NCBI GenBank assembly: GCA_017399965.1
Contig: JAFQAP010000003.1
Location: 40,028 to 104,027, forward strand
Direction of reading: 5' to 3'
DNA: 64,000 nt
Source: Clostridia bacterium
GTDB lineage: Bacteria; Bacillota; Clostridia; Oscillospirales; CAG-382
Numbering within the stretch: position 1 is the stretch's first letter; every line of letters starts with the position of its first letter. The notes beneath the pieces were generated by a model that saw nothing but the letters and a program-made list of their open reading frames with translations, was not told the origin of the DNA and ran no database searches. This document shows, in pieces, positions 17,789 to 27,004 of the stretch. A program made the position numbers and the translations under genes.

Positions 17789-18526
17789 ATGAACAACGAA
17801 ACATTTTGCGATACTCTGTGGGACATAGCAGAGGAATACAACACGGTATATATGAAGGGCGTTTTCGGCTCACCGGTAACGGAAGGGCTTATTTCCGCCA
17901 AGGCAAAGCAATACCCAAAGTGGTACACCAGTGAAAAACAAAAGTTTTTGCGTACTCTTATAGGCAAAAACTACTTCGGGTTCGATTGCGTGTGTCTGGT
18001 AAAGGGCATTGTCTGGGGCTGGGAAGGCAGGTCGGATAAAATCTACGGCGGTGCCGTTTACCGTTCCAACGGCCTGGAGGATCTTACCGTGGAGGGAATG
18101 CAGAGTATTTGCGGAGTTACAAAGAATTTTAACTCCCTGCAAAAAGGCGAGCTTTTATTTATGCCCGGCCACGTGGGAGTTTATCTGGGCGGAGGTCTGG
18201 CTTGCGAATGTACGCCCATTTGGGAAAACGGCGTGCAGATAACCGGCGTTAAAAACGTAGGCGCGCCTGCGGGCTATAATTCACGCACCTGGGTAAGCCA
18301 CGGAAAACTGCCCTATATCGCTTACGAGGAATCGAATATACTCGGGGATATCGACGGGGACGGGGAAGTGACCGCAAACGATTACAATATGGCGCGCAAC
18401 GCGGTCTTGGGAAAGATAACCCTTACTCAAGCCCAAATAAAACGAGGGGATATCGACGGTAACGGCAGGGTCGACGCCCGTGATTATCTGCTTATCCGCC
18501 GTATCTATTTAGGCACTTACTTTTAA
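17789..18526 (+). CDS. NlpC/P60 (C40) cell-wall hydrolase with a C-terminal type-I dockerin; no signal peptide
   Basis: 245 aa from MNNETF. Cys motif GFDCVCLVKG and His motif GHVGVYLGGG. Two dockerin repeats: DIDGDGEVTANDYNMARNAVLG and DIDGNGRVDARDYLLIRRIYLG. Confidence 0.75.
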   Translation: MNNETFCDTLWDIAEEYNTVYMKGVFGSPVTEGLISAKAKQYPKWYTSEKQKFLRTLIGKNYFGFDCVCLVKGIVWGWEGRSDKIYGGAVYRSNGLEDLTVEGMQSICGVTKNFNSLQKGELLFMPGHVGVYLGGGLACECTPIWENGVQITGVKNVGAPAGYNSRTWVSHGKLPYIAYEESNILGDIDGDGEVTANDYNMARNAVLGKITLTQAQIKRGDIDGNGRVDARDYLLIRRIYLGTYF

Positions 18527-18643
18527 TAAAAGAACATTTGTTCTAAAAACAGACGGAAAAATATGGTAGGGAAGAGGTTTCCCGATGGTAAAAGGTGTTT
18601 TTCTTTTACTATGAGCTGAAATTCGGAGGAAAACAGGCAAAAA

Positions 18644-19051
18644 TTGAACAAAAATTCGCACGCAAAGAATTTATTGCAAAAATACGCCGCAAACAAGGCG
18701 GCGCAGGAAAATTATAAATACGAAATGGATATGATAAACAGCAGGCTGTATTCGGGAGGGAGCGAAAAAACGGTAGTAGATATGATCGATGCAAAAGACC
18801 GCCTTATTGCCCGCACGCATAAGGCGGTAAAAGAAATAAAGCAGACCGAGGCGGCTATGCGCACTCTTTCGGAGTATCAAAGAGACCTGCTCACCGCCTT
18901 TTATATTTCCGGCGCCCACTCCTGCGCGGAATCTCTGGCAGAAAGATATAACGTGGAAAGGAGCACAATCTACAGGGACAAGGATAAAGCCCTCGCCCGC
19001 TTCGAATCCGCCCTCGCCGCAAGTAAAAAATGCAAAGCGGAGTTTTTCTAA
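18644..19051 (+). CDS. Sigma-70 region-4-like HTH protein (ArpU/RinA-type phage late regulator-like)
   Basis: 135 aa. The segment LSEYQRDLLTAFYISG...AESLAERYNVERSTIYRDKDKALARF is a region-4 HTH. The start (TTG, 14 nt after GGAGG) is uncertain. Confidence 0.45.
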   Translation: MNKNSHAKNLLQKYAANKAAQENYKYEMDMINSRLYSGGSEKTVVDMIDAKDRLIARTHKAVKEIKQTEAAMRTLSEYQRDLLTAFYISGAHSCAESLAERYNVERSTIYRDKDKALARFESALAASKKCKAEFF

Positions 19052-19111
19052 ACAAACCACAAAACTCGTGATATGTTCACGGGTTTTTAACAATTTGTGC
19101 CATTTTGCGTA

Positions 19112-19140
19112 TTGACAAGGTGTCTTTTGTGTGTTAGAAT
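19112..19140 (+). promoter_or_regulatory. Promoter preceding a roughly 340-nt structured leader
   Basis: TTGACA (19112-19117), 17-nt spacer, TGtTAGAAT (19132-19140). Confidence 0.5.
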
Positions 19141-19479
19141 GTGGATAGAAGAATCGTTCCTTCCGCACCAAAGAAATATTTTTTCAAAAAATATCATAAA
19201 ATTTTTAGAGGTTTTGCTTTTAAAGTTCATTAGTTAAATGAGAGGCAAAACCGATATAAAAATTTTTCAAACTTTTTTATAGACGTTTTGCCTGTTTTAA
19301 ACACTATATAGTGAAAGGGCAAAGAATAACCCTTTACTATATAAACGGGAGGAAACGTCTATGAAAAACAAACTGTCGGTTATTTTCCCCTTTGAATTTC
19401 CTCTGCTCTTGCGTTTTTAATGCCCCATACGGGGCAAAACAGTGAGTATTGTACGAAATTTTTAAAAGGAGAAATTGAC

Positions 19480-21885
19480 ATGAAAAGAAATATAAAAATA
19501 TTGTCCCTTTTGATGGCTGTCCTTTTGGCTTTTTCCATATTCCCCTTCAGTACCGCTTATGCTGTTGAAGGTACAGAAACGGTTGAAACGCGGCAGACCG
19601 AAGAATTTGCTTTACCCGATATTGTTCCCGAAGAAGAAGCAGTAGGACGTGGATATATCGGCAGAGTAAAGGAAGAAGAAAAAGATAATTACACATTTGT
19701 GTTTAAAGATTCGGAAAATATGCGCACAATGCGCGTATATTCTCACCCTGTAAAATATACGGATAAGGACGGAAACACAAAGGATATAACCCTTGATATA
19801 CAGTCCCGTCCGGGCGGCGGTTTTGAAACAAAGGATAACAGCATTAAGACTACCTTCGGCGCCAAGCTTTCCGACGGTATACGCCTTCAAAGCGAGGACG
19901 TGGATGTTAAGCTGATACCTGCAAATTCTCTTAACCAAGCCACCTTGTCCGAGGATAATAAAACCGTTTCTTATACACTGGATGAAAAGACTACCCTCGA
20001 ATATTCACTTACCTATACCGGATTTAAAGAGGATATAGTGGTAAACGAATATACGGGGCAAACGGAATATGAGTTTCTGCTGTATACAAACGGACTTACC
20101 GTAAAGGAAGAAATGGGTTCATACTACCTTGCGGATGAGCAAGGCAACAGAAAAGCGAATATAGGCGATATAATAATCTTTACCGCAGACGAGAGAAATA
20201 ATACTCTTGGTGAACTTTCCTGCATAGAGATTAAAGAAAACCAAATATACGGGCTCACCATTCACGTGGATGCGGAATATCTTAAAGACGAGAAAACAGT
20301 TTATCCCATAAGAATAGACCCGACATTGGAAGTAACAGGTACGGGAGCTATCGAGGATGTAACGGTTTATACGGGAACATCGTATTATTCGGGTGCTTTG
20401 GGAATATTGTATGTGGGAACTGCGGACGGAATGGCATATAGAGCTCTTATGCGGTTTCCTAACCTGAACATTTCTCATTTGCACGAAGACTATATAGCAA
20501 TTGCAACCATTGAATTACGTGATGTTATGTGTCAAGGTATACAAGTTCCCCTTCAATGCCATAGATACACCGCTTTGCCGGGAATGTGGTACGAAAGCGG
20601 GACTACTACATGGAACAGCGTGGGCGGTGATGCCTACGTAGGAGAGTTGTTAGACGAGCAAACAGTTTATTACGGAAATGGAAATGTGGCCGGTATATCG
20701 CAAAGGTACTCGTTTAATATAACTTCGTTGGCAAAAAAATGGGCGGAAAATACGCTGCATCCTGGAATGGGCGTTATTTTCAAGACTAGTGATGCTTTTG
20801 AAGACGCTGCGCCTACAAACACCGAAGACCGTCTTAAATATTTCGGTTCGTACAACAGAAGCGATTACCAACCAAGCTTGACTATTATATATTCAAATCC
20901 TTTTTCTGCAAGTAAATCGCACGTGCAGTATTATGATTCAAGCAGTGATCTGAAGAACAGAGCAAATTGTTACGGATTTGCGCTCAAAATGTTCTACGCA
21001 CCGGAAAATTATCCTTCATACTGGGGCAACTGTTACAAGCAACAACCCGGAGAGTTTTATGATAAAACCGGATCGACAACACTTTCAAACTATGATTATA
21101 CTTTTTCGATGATTTTGCCTTGTTCTGTACAATCTGTTCTAAATGCAGTAGTTCTTGATTTACAACAATTAGGCTATAGCGTTTTGTCATCAGCAAAATA
21201 CGATGATGCTTCAGAAATACCAAACGCAACCGAATATGCCGACAGAAGATTGATTCTGCTTGTTGTAGGCAGTGCAGATTATCATTTCTATATGCAAAAT
21301 GGTGATAACACATGGTCGCACAAACCGGGTAGCTCAAATGCTCGTTATACTTGTCGTGGCTTGTGCGGAAATGAAACCGAACTCACCAACAATAACATTT
21401 TAAGCCATATGACAGAAGGCGGGTATACCAACGATTATATATTTTTCTATGTAGATAAACCTGTGACATTGGATTACGCGCATCAAAATGGGACACACGA
21501 AACTTGCAAAAAGACAAGCACGTATTTGTTTGATGTTGCGGCTTCTTCTGAAGATGCTTTCAAACCTATAAACGGTTCTTCTATATCCGGACGAATTGAT
21601 TATCCCGGTGATCAGGATTGGTTTGGTTTGGTGATACTTGAGGAGAGAACCGTTACGGTCAATATAACAACTATTTCGGGTTCCGGAACCCCCGACCCGT
21701 ATACGTTAAAAGTGTTTTTGAAGAATCCCAGCGGAGTTTATGTGCTTGAGAAAACAATCACTACCGGAAGCGGAAGTTTTACATTTACAACAACCGGAGA
21801 CCATCAAGTGTATCGGTTATTAATAAGATCAGAGGGTCAAACTTCATATGAAGTGGTACGACGGTATTCCGTAACTATTTCATAA
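19480..21885 (+). CDS. Secreted multidomain protein: DNRLRE-like domain, putative Cys/His hydrolase module, C-terminal PPC (pre-peptidase C-terminal) domain
   Basis: 801 aa from MKRNIKILSLLMAVLLAFSIFPFSTAYA, with an AAAGGAG RBS. The segment YRALMRFPNLNISHL...ATIELRDV is DNRLRE-like. NCYGFAL with ADYHFYMQNGDNTWSHKPG gives a candidate Cys/His pair. GRIDYPGDQDWFGL is PPC-like. Confidence 0.6.
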   Translation: MKRNIKILSLLMAVLLAFSIFPFSTAYAVEGTETVETRQTEEFALPDIVPEEEAVGRGYIGRVKEEEKDNYTFVFKDSENMRTMRVYSHPVKYTDKDGNTKDITLDIQSRPGGGFETKDNSIKTTFGAKLSDGIRLQSEDVDVKLIPANSLNQATLSEDNKTVSYTLDEKTTLEYSLTYTGFKEDIVVNEYTGQTEYEFLLYTNGLTVKEEMGSYYLADEQGNRKANIGDIIIFTADERNNTLGELSCIEIKENQIYGLTIHVDAEYLKDEKTVYPIRIDPTLEVTGTGAIEDVTVYTGTSYYSGALGILYVGTADGMAYRALMRFPNLNISHLHEDYIAIATIELRDVMCQGIQVPLQCHRYTALPGMWYESGTTTWNSVGGDAYVGELLDEQTVYYGNGNVAGISQRYSFNITSLAKKWAENTLHPGMGVIFKTSDAFEDAAPTNTEDRLKYFGSYNRSDYQPSLTIIYSNPFSASKSHVQYYDSSSDLKNRANCYGFALKMFYAPENYPSYWGNCYKQQPGEFYDKTGSTTLSNYDYTFSMILPCSVQSVLNAVVLDLQQLGYSVLSSAKYDDASEIPNATEYADRRLILLVVGSADYHFYMQNGDNTWSHKPGSSNARYTCRGLCGNETELTNNNILSHMTEGGYTNDYIFFYVDKPVTLDYAHQNGTHETCKKTSTYLFDVAASSEDAFKPINGSSISGRIDYPGDQDWFGLVILEERTVTVNITTISGSGTPDPYTLKVFLKNPSGVYVLEKTITTGSGSFTFTTTGDHQVYRLLIRSEGQTSYEVVRRYSVTIS

Positions 21886-21915
21886 CGACAAACATCAATG
21901 AAAGGAGTCATTATA

Positions 21916-22587
21916 ATGAAGAAAAAAACGTTAATTATTATTGCTTTAATCCTTGCGGGCTGTATATTCCTTATGGGCGCGGGGTTGATTGTTGAAAATG
22001 AATTGAGCGAACCGGAAATGGTTTCCGGCACGCTTGATGAATTTAAACCTGAAAACGGAGTTCTTACGGTTGAAGATTTTTATGCTGCGGTGGAAAAAGC
22101 GGAAGCTATGTACAGAAGCGGTGATATGTATTTTGCAGATAAGAACGTTACCGTAAACAAAAATATTGTAAACAAAAACTGGAGCAACGTAACTGAAGAA
22201 GAATACGCGCAGTACAGACGCGATATCCTCTCTTGCGTGCTTAATATGTTTGTTTCTGATATGCCGGAAACACGATATCTTAATACAAGAGAGTTTTTCG
22301 GTGATGAATGGGAATATTTGAATACCGGTTATTGGGATTATTTGACCATTGTGCTCGCCAACGAAGACAACGGTAAATATGCGTCAGCCGAAGCGTGGTT
22401 TGAAGCGTACATTTCCGGAGAGATCGAAGGATGGATAACCGAGACCGAATATTCATTGTTTTTGTTCCAATACAACTTTGTTTCCGTTACAGATGGAAAC
22501 GGCAACGAATCCATTATATATCCTACTGCAGAGCAGACGGAAAACATCGAGGCAATACGCACAGCTAACGGACTTGTAACCGAATAA
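21916..22587 (+). CDS. N-terminally membrane-anchored hypothetical protein
   Basis: 223 aa from MKKKTLIIIALILAGCIFLMGAG, with AAAGGAG 8 nt upstream. Begins 30 nt after the preceding stop. Confidence 0.6.
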   Translation: MKKKTLIIIALILAGCIFLMGAGLIVENELSEPEMVSGTLDEFKPENGVLTVEDFYAAVEKAEAMYRSGDMYFADKNVTVNKNIVNKNWSNVTEEEYAQYRRDILSCVLNMFVSDMPETRYLNTREFFGDEWEYLNTGYWDYLTIVLANEDNGKYASAEAWFEAYISGEIEGWITETEYSLFLFQYNFVSVTDGNGNESIIYPTAEQTENIEAIRTANGLVTE

Positions 22588-22665
22588 ATAACACCCCGAC
22601 ACCTGTACACACGCGATAGTAAAAAACGAGTCTGTTTTTTGGTGACGGCATCAACTATATACAAG

Positions 22666-22697
22666 AAAATCTCCCCGAAATATCGGGGAGATTTTTA
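22666..22697. terminator. Bidirectional rho-independent terminator
   Basis: AAATCTCCCCGA-aata-TCGGGGAGATTT with flanking A and T runs, between convergent genes. Confidence 0.8.
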
Positions 22698-22705
22698 ATG
22701 TGTTA

Positions 22706-23107
22706 TTATTTCTTATCTTTGAATATCCAGAATTTTTGCAGGAAATAGGACACGACGAAGAAGGCGATATCCACGGGGACGCGGACGACGATAGGGGTGA
22801 GCACTTCGCCGATATCCACCACCTCGGAAAGAAAGTGGGTGGCTTCCGCAGATGCGATCATCAAAGCTAATTGAAGCACGAAAAATTTTATTACAGCATT
22901 CGTAACCTTTTCGTTTTTGCTGAACACCATCTGGCGGTTAATAATGAAGTTTGGTATGCAGATTATAAGACGGGCTACGTAGTAAAGAGCGCGCACCGCC
23001 GCATCGTCCACCCAGATAAGAATGAGCAGATCGTACAGCAAAAACTCCGCAAGCCACGCAATGAATGAGGAAAGGGAGAAACGCAGAATTTGTAAAAATT
23101 GCTTCAT
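22706..23107 (-). CDS. GtrA family membrane protein
   Basis: 133 aa with four TM helices and a GtrA-like N-terminus (FSLSSFIAWLAEFLLY). GGGAGGAA RBS. Confidence 0.7.
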   Translation of the reverse strand: MKQFLQILRFSLSSFIAWLAEFLLYDLLILIWVDDAAVRALYYVARLIICIPNFIINRQMVFSKNEKVTNAVIKFFVLQLALMIASAEATHFLSEVVDIGEVLTPIVVRVPVDIAFFVVSYFLQKFWIFKDKK

Positions 23108-23124
23108 GGTTCCTCCCTTTGGTA

Positions 23125-23244
23125 TTGATGAATGAGAAATGATGAATGTTGAATGATGAAAGATGAATGATGAATGATGGTTGATTTTTGTTCTGCGAAC
23201 AAAAATCTTCCGAAATTTCTCATTCCTCGTTCCTCATTCCTCAT
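23125..23244. repeat. Family-A island
   Basis: In order: ATGAATG/AATGAGA heptads, GATTTTTG-TTCtgcGAA-CAAAAATC (23183-23207), then CATTCCT heptads that end directly against the glyQS stop (23245-23247). Confidence 0.85.
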
Positions 23245-24642
23245 TTAAAACTTAAGTCTTTCGGAAATGTAATTTTTAACTTCACCGATAGGCATTCTCA
23301 CGCTTTCCATAGTATCGCGGTCGCGTACGGTCACGCAGCCGTCCTCAACGGATTCGAAATCGTATACCACGCAGAAGGGAGTACCGATCTCGTCCTGTCT
23401 GCGGTAACGCTTGCCGATACTGCCGGCTTCGTCATATTCGCACATAAAATCGGAGCAAAGGTCATAGTATATCTCTTTTGCCTGCTCGCCCAGCTTCTTG
23501 GAAAGGGGAAGCACCGCGCACTTATAGGGTGCGAGAGCAGGGTGGAGACGGAGTACGTAACGGATATCTTCTTTTCCGTCTTTAGAAAGATCTTCCTCGT
23601 CGTAAGCATCAACAAGGAAAGCAAGCAGAACTCTGTCTGCGCCCAGAGAGGGTTCGATAACGTAAGGCACGTATTTTTCGCCATTTTCGGGGTCGAAATA
23701 CGAAAGATCCTCGCCGGAATGGGCAGAATGTGCCTTAAGGTCGAAATCCGTTCTGGAAGCAACGCCCCACAGCTCGCCCCATCCGAAGGGGAACATAAAC
23801 TCAAAGTCGGTGGTAGCGTTGGAATAGTGAGCCAGTTCCTTGGGGTCGTGGTCACGCATACGGATATTTTCGGGGTTTATGCCCAGATTTACAAGCCAGT
23901 TATAGCAATAATCCTTCCAGTATACGAACCAATCAAGCTCGGTGCCGGGCTTGCAGAAGAATTCCAATTCCATCTGCTCGAATTCACGGATACGGAAAAT
24001 AAAGTTGCCGGGGGTGATCTCGTTTCTGAAGGATTTGCCGACCTGCGCAACACCGAAGGGAACCTTGCGGCGGGTGGTACGCTGAATGTTCTTGAAGTTT
24101 ACAAAGATGCCCTGCGCGGTTTCGGGACGGAGGTATACCTCTGCCTGGCTGTCCTCGGTAACGCCCTGGAAGGTCTTGAACATCATATTAAACTTGCGGA
24201 TGGGAGTAAAATCGCACTTGCCGCAGGTGCAGGTAACGCCCTTTTCAACGATATAATTGTACATTTCGTCGTTGGACATACCGTCAACGTGCATTTCGAT
24301 ACCGTTTTCTTTGTTCCATTTTTCAATAAGCTGGTCTGCACGGTGGCGCATTTTACAGCTCTTGCAGTCGATAAGAGGATCGTTGAAGTTAACAACGTGT
24401 CCCGATGCAACCCAGGTCTCTCTGTTCATAAGAATAGCGGAATCCAAGCCTACGTTGTATCTGCTTTCCTGCACGAACTTTTTCATCCAGGCGCGCTTGA
24501 TGTTGTTTTTAAGCTCTACGCCCAAAGGGCCGTAGTCCCAGGCGTTTGCCAGACCGCCGTATATTTCGCTGCCGCTGTAAACAAATCCTCTGTTTTTACA
24601 AAAGGCAACGATCTTTTCCATTGTTTTTTCGTTGTTGTTCAT
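23245..24642 (-). CDS. glyQS: Glycine--tRNA ligase (dimeric class II, GlyQS)
   Basis: 465 aa from [20 protein letters not shown], with a GGGAGAAAG RBS. Class II motifs and a C-terminal anticodon-binding domain. The track N-terminus (24714) runs through the promoter. Confidence 0.95.
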   Translation of the reverse strand: MNNNEKTMEKIVAFCKNRGFVYSGSEIYGGLANAWDYGPLGVELKNNIKRAWMKKFVQESRYNVGLDSAILMNRETWVASGHVVNFNDPLIDCKSCKMRHRADQLIEKWNKENGIEMHVDGMSNDEMYNYIVEKGVTCTCGKCDFTPIRKFNMMFKTFQGVTEDSQAEVYLRPETAQGIFVNFKNIQRTTRRKVPFGVAQVGKSFRNEITPGNFIFRIREFEQMELEFFCKPGTELDWFVYWKDYCYNWLVNLGINPENIRMRDHDPKELAHYSNATTDFEFMFPFGWGELWGVASRTDFDLKAHSAHSGEDLSYFDPENGEKYVPYVIEPSLGADRVLLAFLVDAYDEEDLSKDGKEDIRYVLRLHPALAPYKCAVLPLSKKLGEQAKEIYYDLCSDFMCEYDEAGSIGKRYRRQDEIGTPFCVVYDFESVEDGCVTVRDRDTMESVRMPIGEVKNYISERLKF

Positions 24643-24685
24643 ATATCTTTCTCCCGATAAAAAGATGTTTTTCATATTCCAACAT

Positions 24686-24714
24686 ATAGTATCACAAATT
24701 AAAACGGATGTCAA
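24686..24714 (-). promoter_or_regulatory. glyQS promoter (leader too short for a T-box)
   Basis: On the - strand: TTGACA (24714-24709), 17-nt spacer, TACTAT (24691-24686). It lies about 45 nt from the ATG. Confidence 0.55.
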
Positions 24715-24720
24715 GAAAAA

Positions 24721-24842
24721 CGATGAACTAAAGAAAACGATGAACTATAAACTATGAACTATGAACTTCGGTAGCTTTTTTCGCGTTTTACGCGAAAAAA
24801 GGTTTCCATTAGTTCCTCGTTCCTCGTTCCTCGTTCATAGTT
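24721..24842. repeat. Repeat island with ATGAACT / GTTCAT and CGTTCCT words
   Basis: In order: ATGAACT heptads x4, the hairpin TTTTTTCGCG-tttta-CGCGAAAAAA, CCTCGTT heptads, then GTTCATAG. Confidence 0.8.
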
Positions 24843-24871
24843 AAAAAAGCTCCGATATTTCGGAGCTTTTT
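24843..24871 (-). terminator. Rho-independent terminator after the ABC gene
   Basis: AGCTCCG-aaatat-CGGAGCT stem followed by TTTTTT on the - strand. Confidence 0.8.
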
Positions 24872-24874
24872 GTG

Positions 24875-27004
24875 TTATTGCATTTTTGACATCTTTCGCT
24901 GGGCGAGGACGAGCTTTGAATACCGTCCGCCGGATTTCATCAGCTCTTCGTGGGTGCCGATCTCCTCCACTGTGCCTTTTTCCAGCACCACCAGCTTTGT
25001 GGAGTTTCGCAAAGTGGAAAGGCGGTGGGCTATGGCTATTGTGGTGCGGTTTTTGGAAAGTGCCTGCACCGCATCCTGCACCATTTTTTCCGTTTCCGTA
25101 TCCAGAGAAGCGGTGGCTTCGTCAAGAATAAGTATCTTCGGGTCACGGAGCACGGCGCGGGCAATGGCGATACGCTGTTTTTCGCCGCCGGAGAGGGAGG
25201 AGCCCCGCTCGCTTATATAGGTGTTATACCCATCGGGCAGGCGCATAATGAAATTGTGTGCGTTTGCCAGCTTTGCGGCGTTTATAACCTCTTCTGCCGT
25301 ACAGTCCGGCTTTGCGTATGCGATATTATCGTACACCGTGCCGCGGAACAGATAGGTTTCCTGCAGTACCACGCCGATATGGGAACGGAGTGAATGCTGG
25401 GAATAATCTTTTATATCCTTTCCGTCTATGGTAAGAGTTCCTCCCGTAAGATCGTAAAGGCGCATTATAAGGTTTATCATAGTGGACTTACCTACGCCGG
25501 ACCTGCCGACAATACCCACCATTTCACCCTTGCTTATATCCACGGAAACGTCCTTAAGCACGTTTTCGTAGGAATTATAGCCGAAATAAGCGTTTTTAAA
25601 GGAAATATTACCTTCTATATCCCCTTCGATACAGTCCTCTTTATCTGCGATCTCCGGCTCTTCGTCGATGATCTCGAACACCTTTGACATACTTGTAAAA
25701 GCTCTTGTAAGTCTGCGGGGCATATTGGACATCCAGCGTAAAGGACCGTAGATCATAGAAACGTAGGAAAGCACCAACGCCATATCGCCCAGTCCTATCT
25801 CGTTGCCCAAAAGCATACTGCCCAGAATATATATGGCGGCGTAGTTGCCCAAAGAAAGCACAAAATCCGCCACGGGCATTGTAAGGTTCCAGATAAGCTC
25901 GTTGCGCACGGAAATATCCCTGAACTTGCGCGCCGCTTTTTCAAACCGTTTTTTCTCGTATTCCTCGGCGCCGAACACCTTTACCACACGGATACCCGAA
26001 AAGATATCGTGCAAAGCGGTGCCGCCCTCGGAGTTTGCCTGCCATTGTGCGCCGTACAGACGGTGGGTGTACTTCATAAGCACACGGAACACGATAAGCA
26101 TAAAAGGCACGGGCAAAAGGATAACCAAAGCAAGCATAGGGTTCATAACAAGCAGTATTACCGTAACTGCCGCAAATATGAGCACCTGCTGTACAAGTGC
26201 GGGCAGATCGTTTACCAGCACGTCGCGGAGCACCTGAGTGTCCTCGGTGACACGGTTTATAAGCTCACCTGCGGTACGGCGGGAAACCCCTGCAAGAGAA
26301 AGCTTTTGTATGGCTTGGTACACGGTCTTACGCAGGTCGGTAAGCAGTCCCGTAGATGCCTTTACCACCAAGGCACTGCGCAGCACGGATAAAAGAGCGC
26401 TTAAGATTCCCGTTCCCGCCATAGCGAGAACAAGGGTAATAAAGCCGTAAAACACCTTGCTTTCCGAGGTGTTGATGCCCTCTGCGGTAATATAATCGTT
26501 TATAAGGGTACGGCTTATGCCGGGTGCGATCATAGAAACCGCGGAAATGGCAAAAACCGCAAGCAGAGAAAGCAGTATGGGCAGGATATAGGGCTTTACA
26601 AAAGGCAGCAGTCTGCGAAGCAGCAGAGTTTTATCTACGCAATGGGGGCAGGAAACAGACCCCGGCGCAAACCGTCTGCCGCATTTTTCGCAGTAACGCT
26701 TTGAATAGGGGTCGGCTTCGCCCACGCCTCTGCCCTCTATAAAAGAGGTAAGACGCTTTGCCGCAGATTGCAGCTCCGCAGAAACGGACATATCCCCGCG
26801 GCATATTTCCGTTACGCCGTCACGGGAAGTTCCCTCAATGGCGCAGCAGCCGAAATAGGGGATATAGCGTATCTCCGTGAACTCTGTCATATCATAGAAG
26901 GTATCGCCCTTTTCGCTGTGCAGACAAAGGGTGTTTCCCTCCATGGTTCCGATGCCGTTTATTCGATTGTTGTTAAAGTCAAGGTTGAATTTTAGTAAAG
27001 TCAT
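24875..27004 (-). CDS. ABC transporter, fused permease/ATPase, with an N-terminal extra domain plus zinc ribbon
   Basis: About 709 aa if the start is MTLLKF (27004). The start is uncertain because the track start at 27031 lies in a repeat copy. Contains CEKCGRRF...CPHC, six TM helices, Walker A GRSGVGKST, signature LSGGEKQR and Walker B ILILDEAT. Confidence 0.85.
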   Translation of the reverse strand: MTLLKFNLDFNNNRINGIGTMEGNTLCLHSEKGDTFYDMTEFTEIRYIPYFGCCAIEGTSRDGVTEICRGDMSVSAELQSAAKRLTSFIEGRGVGEADPYSKRYCEKCGRRFAPGSVSCPHCVDKTLLLRRLLPFVKPYILPILLSLLAVFAISAVSMIAPGISRTLINDYITAEGINTSESKVFYGFITLVLAMAGTGILSALLSVLRSALVVKASTGLLTDLRKTVYQAIQKLSLAGVSRRTAGELINRVTEDTQVLRDVLVNDLPALVQQVLIFAAVTVILLVMNPMLALVILLPVPFMLIVFRVLMKYTHRLYGAQWQANSEGGTALHDIFSGIRVVKVFGAEEYEKKRFEKAARKFRDISVRNELIWNLTMPVADFVLSLGNYAAIYILGSMLLGNEIGLGDMALVLSYVSMIYGPLRWMSNMPRRLTRAFTSMSKVFEIIDEEPEIADKEDCIEGDIEGNISFKNAYFGYNSYENVLKDVSVDISKGEMVGIVGRSGVGKSTMINLIMRLYDLTGGTLTIDGKDIKDYSQHSLRSHIGVVLQETYLFRGTVYDNIAYAKPDCTAEEVINAAKLANAHNFIMRLPDGYNTYISERGSSLSGGEKQRIAIARAVLRDPKILILDEATASLDTETEKMVQDAVQALSKNRTTIAIAHRLSTLRNSTKLVVLEKGTVEEIGTHEELMKSGGRYSKLVLAQRKMSKMQ

